From the IMG/VR virus record IMGVR_UViG_2734482599_000001: a stretch of DNA of 19,946 nt; one strand, 5' to 3'. Every line of letters starts with the position of its first letter. Position 1 is the stretch's first letter. This DNA is from a virus. Taxonomy: Duplodnaviria; Heunggongvirae; Uroviricota; Caudoviricetes. A model generated the notes under the pieces. That model was not told the origin of the DNA. It saw only the letters and a program-made list of their open reading frames with translations, and did not search any database. The position numbers and the translations under genes were made by a program. Below are positions 1 to 10,238 of this stretch, one piece after another.

Positions 1-3000
1 TTTCCGCTCCCCGGATCGTCATACGCTATACCGTTAAAAATAATGGGCGGAATAATAATCTGGCGGTCAAAGTTATGATCATCGCTTATGGTGACTGTAA
101 CCGTCCCGTTTGGTGTTTCCGTGTTACCCCACGTACCAGCCTGTTTCGGAAATGATTTGGATACAGCTTTAACGAAGTCACCTCTGACCTGAGTCGCCTC
201 CAGCATGCCCTTAATCGTACAGTTTTCATTTACCGTGACATTGTTGAGCGTCCCGGCGTTCGCATTCACACTGCCACTGATATCCGCATTTTTAGCGGTC
301 AGCTTTCCGTCCGGAGTCAGGGAAAATGCCGATGGATTTCCACCGCTGGTAATGGTGGGGGCCGTCAGGCGTTTCAGGAACACGTCGTTCATGAATATCT
401 GATCGCCCTGACCAACAAACATCGGTTTTGTGTTGCCATTCGCAGGATTAACCATCGCAATCCTGTCCGCCGCCAGCAGCACCTGACTCTGCATGCCGTC
501 AGGGGTGTTCTCAATACCGGCACCAATACCCGCGATATAAAGGCGTCCGTCCTGCATCTGCTGCAGCTTCACAGCCCACATGCTGTTCAGGTTATTATTT
601 GTATCAACCTGAACCTTCTGTATCTGCTGAATTGCCGCACTCTGGTCTTCCAGTTTCTTATTGACGGTCTGCGTGATTTCATTGCTGACATCCGTAATGG
701 ACGTCCTGATTTCAGCCAGGTCAGGCGCAAGCTGACCGTTATCAATCTGCGTCCACAGCTCCTGAGCCAGATGGGTTTTCCCTATCTCGCCTTTGAAAAA
801 ATCCAGATAACCGGATGCATCATCACTCGGCTGACCAACAGCCTCCACGAATGCCGATTTGCCAACGGTGTTCACACTGCGGATATAAAAGTAATAATCA
901 TGGCCCGGTTTGATATTGATACTGGCGGCTATCCAGTACAGCGCCGTGCCAAGATAGCGTGCTGTGGTTTCAACCTGCCTGATATCCGCAATCCGCTTTT
1001 CCGAGAACCAGAACTCAAACTGTACCGTCGGATCATAAACCGCAAGATGCGGCGTGGCGGTTATCTGAAAATAGCCCGGCGTCAGCTCAATCCGCGACAG
1101 CGCTGCCGGTGCGGCAATCCGGAACGATACCGACGCCGGATCGCCCTGCTGCCCCCACGCATTTACTGCCCGGACTGTCAGCCTGTAGTTCCCCAGCGCC
1201 AGTTGTGTGAAGCGGTAAGTGGTTTCCGTCGTCCGGGCCGTGCTGACCAGCCGCTCACTGCCGTCATCCGCTGTTACGGTCAGACGGAGCAGGAAGCTCA
1301 CGCCCTTCACCACCTTCGGCGTGTCCCAGCGCGCCAGCACCTGATATTCCCCGCTGTCTGCGGTGACTTCGGCAGTCAGGTGCTGCACCGCTGGCGGCGT
1401 GACACCATTCACCGTGCCGCTCTGGTCGCCGTCAAAGTGCGCCCCGTTATCCACGATGGCTTCTTTTTCCGGCACATGCTGCACGGCGGTGATGGCATAC
1501 GTGCCGTCGTCGTTCTCACGGATACTCACGCAGCGGAACAATCGCTGGTGCAGCGTCGGCAGCTTCAGCCCCCACACGCTGTATTCAGCAACACCGTCAG
1601 GAACACGGCTCACTTTTACCTTCACGCCGTCGGTGACGGACTGGACCTCCACGCTGACCGGATTCCCCTGCCCGTCAACCAGGCTTATCAGCGTGGTGCC
1701 GGAGGATGGCAGCGTGATTTCACGGTCGAGCGTCAGCGTCCGGGTCTGGCTGTTCACCGCCAGCACGCGCCCGCCGGTGCGGATACCGGCATAGTCATCA
1801 TCGCAGATTTCAATGACATCGCCCGGTACATGACGAAGCCCTTCAGCACCCACGCTGAAATCCACGGTCTGCGTCTCCAGCAGTTCCGTTTTAATCAGCC
1901 ACAGCCCGGCGCGGTGTGCCTGCCCCCGGCTGGTACAGCCAAAGGCATCCATCTTCGTGACGTTACGACCGTAACGGACAATGGCCTGCGTATCCTCCAC
2001 AAGCTCTGTCGCCGTCTCCCAGCCGTTATCCGGGTCAATCCAGTTCACCTCAACGGCATTATGGCGGTCTTTCAGGGCGCTGAAACTGTAGCGGAACGGC
2101 GCGCNNNNNNNNNNNNNNNNNNNNNNNNNNNNNNNNNNNNNNNNNNNNNNNNNNNNNNNNNNNNNNNNNNNNNNNNNNNNNNNNNNNNNNNNNNNNNNNN
2201 NNNNNNNNNNNNNNNNNNNNNNNNNNNNNNNNNNNNNNNNNNNNNNNNNNNNNNNNNNNNNNNNNNNNNNNNNNNNNNNNNNNNNNNNNNNNNNNNNNNN
2301 NNNNNNNNNNNNNNNNNNNNNNNNNNNNNNNNNNNNNNNNNNNNNNNNNNNNNNCCCCATGCCATAGCGCGGATGGGTCAGCATATCCCACAGACACCAG
2401 GCCATGTTGTTGCTGTATGCCGGTTTTAACGTTCCGTCCCAGATACCGCTGTATTGCCGCGTCTGCGGATTATAGTTCGACGGCACCTGCAGAATGCGCC
2501 CGCGAAGATGATAATTACGGCTCACCTGCTGGCTGCCGAACTGCTCCGAATCCACCTGTACGCCGACCAGTGCCGTGTTCGGGTAGCACTGTTTCACATC
2601 GATGATTTCGGTGTATGACGACCAGAGCGTTTTGTTCTGCAGCTGGTCTGTGGTGCTGTCCGGCGTCATTCTGCGCATCCGGATATTAAACGGGCGCGGC
2701 GGCAGGTTATCCACCACCACCGAGGCCAGATACTGCGAGGTGGTTTTGCCCTTAATGGTGATGTCTTTTTCCGTCACCCAGCCACCGTTACGCTGTATCT
2801 GAACCAGCAGGCGAACTTCAGACGGATTCCTGTCTCCCTTTGAGGTGGTTTCCACCAGTGCCTGTACACCGAAGGTAAAACGCAGTCGGTCAATGTTTGC
2901 CGACGTGATGGTCCGGGTGATCGGCGTGTCATATTTCACTTCCGTACCCAGCACCGTCTCGGAGCCGGAGGATTCAAATCCCTCCGGCGGTGACTGCTCC

Positions 3001-3218
3001 TGCTCACCTGCCCGGAACACCACCGTGACGCCGGAGATGTTGGTATTCCCCTCACTGTCCAGCACCGGCGTACTGTTCAGCAGCACGCTTTTTAATCCAT
3101 CCACCGGACCTTCAACCGGCCCTTCGCTGATGGCATCGATCACACTCAGCAGCTGCGTGGACTTCAGGTTGTCCTTCGCTTCGCGCGGGGTATGCCCCTT
3201 ACTGCTGCCTTTACCCAT
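1..3218 (-). CDS. J: Central tail fiber / host-specificity protein gpJ, partial (C-terminal ~60 aa lie beyond window start; interrupted by N run 2105-2354)
   Basis: Reverse-strand ATG at 3216-3218 gives [14 protein letters not shown], the lambda gpJ N-terminus, 60 nt after the I stop as in lambda. Hand translation of rc 1-420 gives [54 protein letters not shown]..., matching the lambda J C-terminal region before diverging. Not in the ORF track because it has no in-window stop. Confidence 0.93.
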   Translation of the reverse strand, partial: MGKGSSKGHTPREAKDNLKSTQLLSVIDAISEGPVEGPVDGLKSVLLNSTPVLDSEGNTNISGVTVVFRAGEQEQSPPEGFESSGSETVLGTEVKYDTPITRTITSANIDRLRFTFGVQALVETTSKGDRNPSEVRLLVQIQRNGGWVTEKDITIKGKTTSQYLASVVVDNLPPRPFNIRMRRMTPDSTTDQLQNKTLWSSYTEIIDVKQCYPNTALVGVQVDSEQFGSQQVSRNYHLRGRILQVPSNYNPQTRQYSGIWDGTLKPAYSNNMAWCLWDMLTHPRYGMGXXXXXXXXXXXXXXXXXXXXXXXXXXXXXXXXXXXXXXXXXXXXXXXXXXXXXXXXXXXXXXXXXXXXXXXXXXXXXXXXXXXXAPFRYSFSALKDRHNAVEVNWIDPDNGWETATELVEDTQAIVRYGRNVTKMDAFGCTSRGQAHRAGLWLIKTELLETQTVDFSVGAEGLRHVPGDVIEICDDDYAGIRTGGRVLAVNSQTRTLTLDREITLPSSGTTLISLVDGQGNPVSVEVQSVTDGVKVKVSRVPDGVAEYSVWGLKLPTLHQRLFRCVSIRENDDGTYAITAVQHVPEKEAIVDNGAHFDGDQSGTVNGVTPPAVQHLTAEVTADSGEYQVLARWDTPKVVKGVSFLLRLTVTADDGSERLVSTARTTETTYRFTQLALGNYRLTVRAVNAWGQQGDPASVSFRIAAPAALSRIELTPGYFQITATPHLAVYDPTVQFEFWFSEKRIADIRQVETTARYLGTALYWIAASINIKPGHDYYFYIRSVNTVGKSAFVEAVGQPSDDASGYLDFFKGEIGKTHLAQELWTQIDNGQLAPDLAEIRTSITDVSNEITQTVNKKLEDQSAAIQQIQKVQVDTNNNLNSMWAVKLQQMQDGRLYIAGIGAGIENTPDGMQSQVLLAADRIAMVNPANGNTKPMFVGQGDQIFMNDVFLKRLTAPTITSGGNPSAFSLTPDGKLTAKNADISGSVNANAGTLNNVTVNENCTIKGMLEATQVRGDFVKAVSKSFPKQAGTWGNTETPNGTVTVTISDDHNFDRQIIIPPIIFNGIAYDDPGSG
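2105..2354. other. Run of 250 N (assembly gap or masked sequence) inside J
   Basis: Literal n characters in the sequence. Confidence 1.
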
Positions 3219-3278
3219 TCGTCATGCTCCATAAACGATAAAACCGCCCGGAGGCGATTTCACATAAAACATTTTGCA

Positions 3279-3950
3279 TCAGCGACCAATCACCACAACC
3301 TGACCACCGTCCCCTTCGTCTGCCGTGCTGATCTCCTGAGATACCACACGTGACCCCACGCGCATTTCACCATACAGAACAGGCATAACATTGCCCTGGG
3401 CAACCATGTTATCCAGTGAGGAGAAATAGGTGTTCTGCTTACCGTTATCCGTTGTCTGTGTGCGGGGAGTTCTGGCTTTCGGTGCCAGCATCTGAGCCAC
3501 ACCGCCGAGCACCATACTGGCACCGAGAGAAAACAGAATGCCGGTCATACCACCGGCACCAATGGCAGCCCCCCATGCTGCAAGGGTGGCTCCGGCGGTA
3601 AAGAATGATCCGGCAATGGCGGCTGCTCCCAGGACAATCTGGAATACACCACCTGACTTGGCCCCGGCGACTCTGGGAACAATATGAATCACAGCGCCGT
3701 CAGGCAGAGCCTCATGTAACTGTGCCGTTAATCCGGACGTGCTAACATCCTGCCCGGCAATACGCACCTGATACCAGCCGTCGCTCAGCTTCTGACGAAA
3801 CGCAGGGAGCTGTGTGGCCATCGCCCGGATGGCTTCGGCACCCGTTTTCACACGAAGGTCGATGCGGCGGCCAAATCGTTGCAAATCCCCGTAAAGGCAG
3901 ATGCGTGCCATGCCCGGTGACGCCAGAGGGAGTGTGTGCGTCGCTGCCAT
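3279..3950 (-). CDS. I: Tail tip assembly protein gpI
   Basis: 223-aa ORF starting MAATHTLPLASPGMARICLYGDLQRFGRR, same length and sequence as lambda gpI; overlaps K as in lambda. Confidence 0.95.
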   Translation of the reverse strand: MAATHTLPLASPGMARICLYGDLQRFGRRIDLRVKTGAEAIRAMATQLPAFRQKLSDGWYQVRIAGQDVSTSGLTAQLHEALPDGAVIHIVPRVAGAKSGGVFQIVLGAAAIAGSFFTAGATLAAWGAAIGAGGMTGILFSLGASMVLGGVAQMLAPKARTPRTQTTDNGKQNTYFSSLDNMVAQGNVMPVLYGEMRVGSRVVSQEISTADEGDGGQVVVIGR

Positions 3951-4447
3951 TTGTCGGTATACCTCTCTCGTTTGCTCAGTTGTTCAGGAATATGGTGCAG
4001 CAGCTCGCCGTCACCACAGTAAATGGCGGCATGATTCGGCACCGATGAACCAAAACAGCACAGCAGCACATCGCCCGGCTGCGCCGCTGACAACGGCACC
4101 TGATACAGCCCTGTGGCCTCCAGATTATCCAGATAGAGATTCTGACCGTGACGCCACCAGTCATCCTCACGATGAAAATCCGGCATCTCAATCCCCGCCA
4201 GATGGTAAGCATCCCGGAACAGCGTGTAACAGTCCGTCACCCCGTGCTCAAAGCGCCGCCCGGTAAGATGTGGCACACAGCGGAACTTGTGAATCGCCCC
4301 CCGGCAGACCAGCCACCACGGCAAATCACTCTGCACCTGCAGCCGCCGGTCGGCCTCACTCAGCCAGGGCAGACCACCGGGGTGGCTGTGGACCAGTGCC
4401 ACAATCTCACCCTGCATCTCTGCCTGCAGCCAGTCTTCCGGCGACAT
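3848..4447 (-). CDS. K: Tail tip assembly protein gpK (NlpC/P60 plus JAB/MPN-type domains)
   Basis: Within ORF 3848-4945 the in-frame ATG at 4445-4447 gives a 199-aa protein MSPEDWLQAEMQGEIVALVHSHPGG...AASTFV, matching lambda gpK length and sequence. The upstream extension in the ORF track reads through N. Confidence 0.9.
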   Translation of the reverse strand: MSPEDWLQAEMQGEIVALVHSHPGGLPWLSEADRRLQVQSDLPWWLVCRGAIHKFRCVPHLTGRRFEHGVTDCYTLFRDAYHLAGIEMPDFHREDDWWRHGQNLYLDNLEATGLYQVPLSAAQPGDVLLCCFGSSVPNHAAIYCGDGELLHHIPEQLSKRERYTDKWQRRTHSLWRHRAWHASAFTGICNDLAAASTFV

Positions 4448-4534
4448 ACGGAAATACGCCTCCGGCTCACCGGAGATATTCACGCAGGGGAAATATCTTT
4501 CCCCCTCCGGCGTTCTTACCACGAAGCCGCACGA

Positions 4535-4839
4535 NNNNNNNNNNNNNNNNNNNNNNNNNNNNNNNNNNNNNNNNNNNNNNNNNNNNNNNNNNNNNNNNNN
4601 NNNNNNNNNNNNNNNNNNNNNNNNNNNNNNNNNNNNNNNNNNNNNNNNNNNNNNNNNNNNNNNNNNNNNNNNNNNNNNNNNNNNNNNNNNNNNNNNNNNN
4701 NNNNNNNNNNNNNNNNNNNNNNNNNNNNNNNNNNNNNNNNNNNNNNNNNNNNNNNNNNNNNNNNNNNNNNNNNNNNNNNNNNNNNNNNNNNNNNNNNNNN
4801 NNNNNNNNNNNNNNNNNNNNNNNNNNNNNNNNNNNNNNN
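4535..4839. other. Run of 305 N (assembly gap or masked sequence) covering the 3' end of L and part of the L-K intergenic region
   Basis: Literal n characters in the sequence. Confidence 1.
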
Positions 4840-5361
4840 GGTGCAGGTGTTGGCCAGCATGATACGTCCCGGAAAAACAGCGCCATCTGTTTCCGTCGGC
4901 GTGGACAGTACAAAAGAGGCACTCACCGCGCTCAGTTCGCTGCACTGCTCAATGCGCCAGCGGCTGATCACCTCCTGCTCCGGATCGGCGTCACTGTTTC
5001 CGTTGACGAAGTTCACCGCATCCAGAAAACGGGCGTAAACCTTACGCCGGACCACCGTTCCGCCGACCAGACTCTGTAGATCTTCCGCCATCCCGGTGAC
5101 CATACCGTACAGGTTAGAAACCATCAGCGTGGGGCGCGTACTGGTGCCTTTGCCATTCAGTTCAAAACCACTCCCCTGAATGGGATACGGCTGATACTGT
5201 CGCCCCTGCCAGGTGACCGGCTCACCTTTTTCGTTCTGCTCATTACAGAAAAAATAACGTTCTCCACCGACCTCTGTCAGATCGATTTCCCAGAGCACCA
5301 CGCTGGCCGACTGCTCCGCACGGGTGCATTCATTCAGTGTTTCCTGCCGGATATCCTGCAT
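4840..5361 (-). CDS. L: Tail tip protein gpL, visible N-terminal ~174 codons; 3' end lost in the N run
   Basis: ATG at 5359-5361 gives MQDIRQETLNECTRAEQSASVVLWEIDLTEVGGERYFFCNEQ...RIMLANTCT, matching lambda gpL. Start overlaps the M stop (ATGA) as in lambda. The true stop is probably inside 4535-4839. Confidence 0.9.
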
Positions 5362-5690
5362 CAGTTCACCACCTGTTCAAACTCTGCGCTGAACTCAACA
5401 CGCAGCATACTGACCCGCGACGACCATTTTGCGCAGGTCACCTTTATCTGCCGCCACTCATAAGGCGGCGTCCACAGAAAGGCTTTCCAGCCCCCGTGCT
5501 CTTCCAGAAACGACTCCAGTACCATGGCCTCCTCACGGGGGACAGAAAGCGTCACGCTGTACGTTTTCAGGTTGGCATTCAGCCCGGCAGGCGCTCGCTG
5601 GGAATAGCCATCACCAAAGCGCACCTTTCTTACAGAAGGGGCCGAAGCCACATCCATACCGGGTTTCACTTTCCAGCGGAAGGTTTTCAT
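5361..5690 (-). CDS. M: Tail tip protein gpM
   Basis: 109-aa ORF MKTFRWKVKPGMDVASAPSVRKVRFGDGYSQRAP..., lambda gpM length and sequence. Confidence 0.95.
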   Translation of the reverse strand: MKTFRWKVKPGMDVASAPSVRKVRFGDGYSQRAPAGLNANLKTYSVTLSVPREEAMVLESFLEEHGGWKAFLWTPPYEWRQIKVTCAKWSSRVSMLRVEFSAEFEQVVN

Positions 5691-8248
5691 CGTCCACCTC
5701 CGGAGAACAGGCCACCATCACGCATCTGTGTCTGAATTTCATCACGGGCACCCTTGCGGGCCATGTCATACACGGCCTTCATCATCTGTGGACCTGGCAG
5801 ACCATTCGTACCGTCGTTCTGAATCACCACGTGATTGTTCTGATTAAAATTAATGCCTTCAGCCCGCCGCATCTGCGCCGGACTTCCGGCACCGCCCACA
5901 TAACCACCTTCCGCATAGCCGCGCATCAGCCGGTAGAGATTCCCCACGCCAATCCGGCTGGTTGCCTCCTTCGTGAAGACAAATTCACCACGGTGAACAA
6001 TCCCCGCTGGCTCATATTTGCCGCCGGTTCCCGTAAATCCCCCGGTTGCAAAATGGAATTTCACCGCAGCGGCCTGAATGGCTGTACCACCTGACGCGGA
6101 TGCGCCGCCACCAACAGCCCCGCCAATGGCGCTGCCGATACTCCCGACAATCCCCACCATTGCCTGCTTAAGCAGAATTTCTGTCATCATGGACAGCACG
6201 GAGCGGGTGAAGCTGCGCCAGTTCTGTTCACTGCCGGTCAGCATCGCCGCCATATTCTGTGCAATACCATCAAAGGTCTGCGTGGCTGCACTTTTAACCT
6301 GTGACATACTGTCCGTGGCGCTCTCTTCCCACTCACTCCAGCCGGACTTCAGGCCTGCCATCCAGCTCCCGCGAAGCTGGTCTTCAGCCGCCCAGGTCTT
6401 TTTCTGCTCTGACATGACGTTATTCAGCGCCAGAGGATTATCGCCATACTGTTCCTTCAGGCGCTGTTCCGTGGCTTCCCGCGCTGCCTGCCGGTCAGTC
6501 AGCCCCCGGTTTTTCGCATCAATGGCTGCCCGTTTTGCCCGTTGCTGCTGTGCGAATTTATCCGCCTGCTGCGCCAGCGCATTCAGGTGCTCCTGATACG
6601 TAACCTTGTCACCAAGTGCAGCCAGCTGGCGTTTGTACTCCAGCGTCTCGTCTTTATGCGCCAGCAGGGATTTCTCCTGTGCGGACAGCTGGCGACGTTG
6701 TGCCGCCTCCTCCAGTACCGCGAACTGACTTTCTGCCTTCCACAAATCCCGGCGCTGCTGGCTGATTTTCTCATTCGCTCCGGCATGCTTCTCCAGCGTC
6801 CGGAGTTCTGCCTGAAGCGTCAGCAGGGCCGCATGAGCACTGTCTTCCTGACGATCGCCCGCATACACCTTCACGCCGGACTGTTTCGGCTTTTTCAGCG
6901 TCGCTTCATAATCCTTTTTCGCCGCCGCCATCAGCGTGTTGTAATCTGCCTGCAGGATTTTTCCGTCTTTCAGTGCCTTGTTCAGTTCTTCCTGACGGGC
7001 GGTATATTTCTCCAGCGGCGTCTGCAGCCGTTCGTAAGCCTTCTGCGCCTCTTCGGTATATTTCAGCCGTGACGCTTCGGTATCGCTCTGCTGCTGCGCA
7101 TTTTTGTCCTGTTGACGCTGTTGATCTACCCTCTTTTGGGCTGCATCCCGCTCCAGGCGTTTTTTTTCACGATCATCCCAGTAACGCGCCCGTGCTTCAT
7201 CGTTAACGAAATAATCATCCTTGCGCAGATTCCAGATGTCGTCTGCTTTCTTAAACGCAGCCTCTGCCTTAATCAGCATCTCCTGCGCGGTATCAGGACG
7301 ACCAATATCCAGCACCGCATCCCACATGGATTTGAATGCACGTGCAGTCCTGTCTGCCCAGGTCTCCAGCGTGCCCATGTTCTCTTTCAGGCGGCGGGTC
7401 TGGTCATCAAACCCTTTCGTTGCGGCCTCGTTCGCCGCCTGCAATGCCCCGGCTTCATCGCCGGAACGCTGCAACTGAGCAACATACGCAATCTGCTCCG
7501 CCGTCACGTTATGGAACTGGCGTGCCATCGCCGTCAGCCCCGACGTCGGGTCTGTGGTCAGCTTCCCGAAGGCTTCAGCGACCTTGTCCACCTCCACGCC
7601 GGATGCATAGGAGAAACGCGCCACACTCTGGCTGATGGACGCAATCTGAGCCTCACCGCTTACCCCCGCCTTAACCAGTGCGCTGAGTGACTCGCTGGTC
7701 TGGTTAAACGTCAGCCCTGCCGCCTGCCCGGCTCTGGACAGGACCAGCATACGATCTGCCGTCAGTCCCGCCTGATTACCGGAAAGGACCAGCGTTTTGT
7801 TGAAATCGGACAGGGTTGAGTTGCCCTGATACCAGGCATACGCCAGCGCACCGGTCGCCACCGCCAGCGAGGTGGCCCCCACCATCGGCAGGGTGATCGC
7901 GCCGGCAAGCCCCCTGAACATGGGGATCATCCCGCCGAAGGAGTCCTTAACCTGACCACCCTGTTGCAGCAGGATCAGCCAGGGATTCTGCCCCCCTGCA
8001 AGCTGCGTGGCCACGTCGGTGAACTGTGCAGGCAGCATACGCATGGCGGCTTTATACTGCCCGACGGAAATCCCCGCTTTCTGTGCAGCCAGCGCCTGTC
8101 GGCTCAGCGACTGTTCAACGACTGCCGCTGTTTTTTTCGCATCACTTTCCGTACCGGAAAAATGACGCCTGACTCTGGCCATCTGCTCGTCAAATCTGGC
8201 CGCATCCAGACTCAAATCAACGACCAGATCGCCTACCGGTTCAGCCAT
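5687..8248 (-). CDS. H: Tail tape measure protein gpH
   Basis: 853-aa ORF (same length as lambda gpH) with the coiled-coil, Ala/Gln/Lys-rich middle and Gly-rich C-terminus typical of tape measure proteins; start MAEPVGDLVVDLSLDAARFDEQ overlaps the T stop as in lambda. Confidence 0.96.
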   Translation of the reverse strand: MAEPVGDLVVDLSLDAARFDEQMARVRRHFSGTESDAKKTAAVVEQSLSRQALAAQKAGISVGQYKAAMRMLPAQFTDVATQLAGGQNPWLILLQQGGQVKDSFGGMIPMFRGLAGAITLPMVGATSLAVATGALAYAWYQGNSTLSDFNKTLVLSGNQAGLTADRMLVLSRAGQAAGLTFNQTSESLSALVKAGVSGEAQIASISQSVARFSYASGVEVDKVAEAFGKLTTDPTSGLTAMARQFHNVTAEQIAYVAQLQRSGDEAGALQAANEAATKGFDDQTRRLKENMGTLETWADRTARAFKSMWDAVLDIGRPDTAQEMLIKAEAAFKKADDIWNLRKDDYFVNDEARARYWDDREKKRLERDAAQKRVDQQRQQDKNAQQQSDTEASRLKYTEEAQKAYERLQTPLEKYTARQEELNKALKDGKILQADYNTLMAAAKKDYEATLKKPKQSGVKVYAGDRQEDSAHAALLTLQAELRTLEKHAGANEKISQQRRDLWKAESQFAVLEEAAQRRQLSAQEKSLLAHKDETLEYKRQLAALGDKVTYQEHLNALAQQADKFAQQQRAKRAAIDAKNRGLTDRQAAREATEQRLKEQYGDNPLALNNVMSEQKKTWAAEDQLRGSWMAGLKSGWSEWEESATDSMSQVKSAATQTFDGIAQNMAAMLTGSEQNWRSFTRSVLSMMTEILLKQAMVGIVGSIGSAIGGAVGGGASASGGTAIQAAAVKFHFATGGFTGTGGKYEPAGIVHRGEFVFTKEATSRIGVGNLYRLMRGYAEGGYVGGAGSPAQMRRAEGINFNQNNHVVIQNDGTNGLPGPQMMKAVYDMARKGARDEIQTQMRDGGLFSGGGR

Positions 8249-9079
8249 ACCGGACTCCTCCTGCGATCCCTTCTGATACTGTCATCAGCATTACGTCATC
8301 CTCCGTCATGTCCGCCACATCCGGGGAAGCGGGGATAACTTCATTCCCGTCCGGGCCAAAGCGGACACCTCCGGCAAGCCCTGCCGCTTTCTGCATCAGC
8401 ACATCATCTTCAGGCTCTTCGTCAGCCTCGCGCCGGTTCAGCAGACTGAAATCCAGCGGATGCATCTCCGGATCGCTGAAAAACAGGCTGAGCACGGTGT
8501 ACGTCAGCCCGGAAAAGTGCATATCCAGCAGAACATCATGAAAATAATGGGTACTGTAAAAGCGGTGCCAGTCGGCATACTCCGTGGATGACATCCCGGC
8601 AAGCATGGCGCGCCAGTCGGGTCGCCCCATCTCACGCGCCAGTTTCAGGGCAAAACTCAGCTCACCGTCGAACACTTTCCCGCAGAAACAGGCTCTGCAG
8701 GCCCGGCGTCCTCTGCCTGTTCAGGAGCATCATTCACCACAAACTCATACATACCGGACAGCCGGTACACCACGTTTTCAGCATGAGAAATTGCCTCTGT
8801 GGGCCAGGTGGTAAGCACTTCCTGCTCAATCTGTTTAACGGCTTCATTCATGGACGGCATCTGCGTCTTCTTCGGATGGTTATGCCACAGGGACATCGCA
8901 ACCACAAAAGCGCCGGTTCTGATGGCGTCTTCCACAGTAAACTTCCGGTTGCTGTCTGACTCCGCCTGTTCTGCCTGCCGTTTCATCAGGTCGAGATGCT
9001 CAATACGCTGCAGGGCTGACAGTTCAGAAAGCGTGACGGTCACACCGTTATGTTCAAATGATTCGGTTTTCAGGAACAT
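8241..9079 (-). CDS. G-T: Tail assembly chaperone fusion gpG-T, made by programmed -1 ribosomal frameshift at the slippery heptamer (mRNA GGGAAAG, window 8675-8681)
   Basis: The T-frame ORF 8241-8675 (FDGELSFALKLAREMGRPDWRAMLAG...) has no independent start context and overlaps the last 6 codons of G in the -1 frame; the heptamer G GGA AAG sits 6 codons before the G stop, exactly as in lambda. Confidence 0.85.
8657..9079 (-). CDS. G: Tail assembly chaperone gpG (zero-frame product)
   Basis: 140-aa ORF MFLKTESFEHNGVTVTLSELSALQRIEHL...SAGKCSTVS, lambda gpG length and sequence. Confidence 0.95.
   Translation of the reverse strand: MFLKTESFEHNGVTVTLSELSALQRIEHLDLMKRQAEQAESDSNRKFTVEDAIRTGAFVVAMSLWHNHPKKTQMPSMNEAVKQIEQEVLTTWPTEAISHAENVVYRLSGMYEFVVNDAPEQAEDAGPAEPVSAGKCSTVS
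8675..8681 (-). promoter_or_regulatory. Programmed -1 frameshift slippery site (mRNA 5'-GGGAAAG-3') for G to G-T
   Basis: Reverse complement of ctttccc at 8675-8681; zero-frame codons GGA AAG encode the G-K just before the G C-terminus. Confidence 0.8.
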
Positions 9080-9094
9080 CGCTGACTCTCCGGA

Positions 9095-9835
9095 TTAACT
9101 GGCGGTGACGTTGATTTCTGCAACCGCAGCAAACTCACCATTACCAGATACGACCGGAATGTTGACCTTGCCTGCAGCAACACCTTTCACGGTGATGGTC
9201 ATACCACTGACCGACACGGTGGCTTTTGTTTTATCCGCAGACACCGCACGGAAGCTCTTGTCGGTTGCGCCATCCGGCTGGAATGCCACGGTCAGCGTGG
9301 TGCTCTGCCCTTTCACTACGGAAGCACTGGCGGGTGTCACCGTCATGCCGGTCGTCGCCGTCACCGTGCTGCGATCTTCTGCCATCGACGGACGTCCCAC
9401 ATTGGTGACCTTCACCGTGCGGGTAATCACCTCCTTCGCCGTCACCGCCTTACCGATACTGCTGACCCAGCCACGGAACACATCGACCGTGCCGTTCGGG
9501 AAGCGGATTTTATAGGCACGGGTATCACCTTCATTAAACCACGCCAGCAGCGCCTGCTGCCCCTGCTCTCCGGGCATCCACGCCAGCGTGAAGCTGGTAT
9601 CTCCGGCAGATTTCTGCCCCTGCCCGGTCGCAGTCCAGTCTGCATCTTCATCATCGAGATAGCTGTCGTCATAGGACTCAGCGGTCAGTTCGCCGGGCGT
9701 CAGGTCTTTAACTTTTGCCAGACGCGACCAGTCAACGTCTGAAAGCGGGTTCGCATAAGGGTCACCGCTCCCCTTATAAACCCACAGGGTGGTCCCGGCA
9801 CCTTTCACCGGCATTGTAGGATTTGGTACAGGCAT
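9095..9835 (-). CDS. V: Major tail tube protein gpV (C-terminal Ig-like domain)
   Basis: Internal ATG at 9833-9835 gives the 246-aa protein [36 protein letters not shown]..., the lambda gpV start. The ORF-track start at 9865 is an upstream in-frame extension. Confidence 0.95.
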   Translation of the reverse strand: MPVPNPTMPVKGAGTTLWVYKGSGDPYANPLSDVDWSRLAKVKDLTPGELTAESYDDSYLDDEDADWTATGQGQKSAGDTSFTLAWMPGEQGQQALLAWFNEGDTRAYKIRFPNGTVDVFRGWVSSIGKAVTAKEVITRTVKVTNVGRPSMAEDRSTVTATTGMTVTPASASVVKGQSTTLTVAFQPDGATDKSFRAVSADKTKATVSVSGMTITVKGVAAGKVNIPVVSGNGEFAAVAEINVTAS

Positions 9836-9842
9836 AGCGTCC

Positions 9843-10238
9843 TCACATTTCATAGATAATGACATAAGTCAGATCGGCTGAACTCCACAGGCCCGCATCA
9901 TCGTCGCGCCGGTAGTCATAGCCGCTGGCCACCATACTGGTGATCAAATCTGACAGTGCCGGGATATCGCTCATCACAGGATAAATCCGGGACTCCATCC
10001 ACGAATCCAGCTCTGAATCCGGCACCTGAGCAGGCAGGAAAACTTCAATATGCAGCTCCGCCTGCCAGGTATCGCTGTCCAGCTCTTCGCCCGTGTATTC
10101 AGCGCCGGTGAGATAAACGGCAATTGCCGGAAAATCTTCCTCATCAAAAACAGCGGGGCGACCATCAAAAAGCGTCGCCCCGGTGTCATGCTTCTCCAGT
10201 GCATCCAGTACGGCTGCACGGAGTTCAGTATGTTTCAT
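9843..10238 (-). CDS. U: Tail terminator protein gpU
   Basis: 131-aa [57 protein letters not shown], lambda gpU length and sequence; 4-nt overlap with Z. Confidence 0.95.
   Translation of the reverse strand: MKHTELRAAVLDALEKHDTGATLFDGRPAVFDEEDFPAIAVYLTGAEYTGEELDSDTWQAELHIEVFLPAQVPDSELDSWMESRIYPVMSDIPALSDLITSMVASGYDYRRDDDAGLWSSADLTYVIIYEM

Noticed and set aside
2059-2397. Minus-strand ORFs consisting almost entirely of X (2059-2397, 2072-2365), and N-spanning ORFs at 4148-5038, 4270-5079, 4467-4922
   Set aside because: Artifacts of translating the N runs; no real sequence supports them.
771-2429. 552-aa plus-strand ORF (also 1363-1794, 2417-2605, 2602-2802, 2845-3234)
   Set aside because: Antisense to gpJ, which is firmly identified on the minus strand; Arg/Pro/Gly-rich low-complexity translation typical of antisense frames in GC-biased genes; the longest reads through the N run.
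3848-4945. 365-aa extended version of K reading through the N gap
   Set aside because: Lambda gpK is 199 aa and starts at the internal ATG (4445-4447); the upstream part is undetermined sequence (N) plus the L-K spacer.
5429-8338. Multiple plus-strand ORFs (5429-6094, 6078-6596, 6542-7072, 6973-7206, 7112-7690, 7221-7478, 7336-7635, 7964-8338) opposite the tape measure gene
   Set aside because: All are antisense to gpH with low-complexity, Arg/Ser/Cys-rich products; no start contexts; the locus is fully explained by H.
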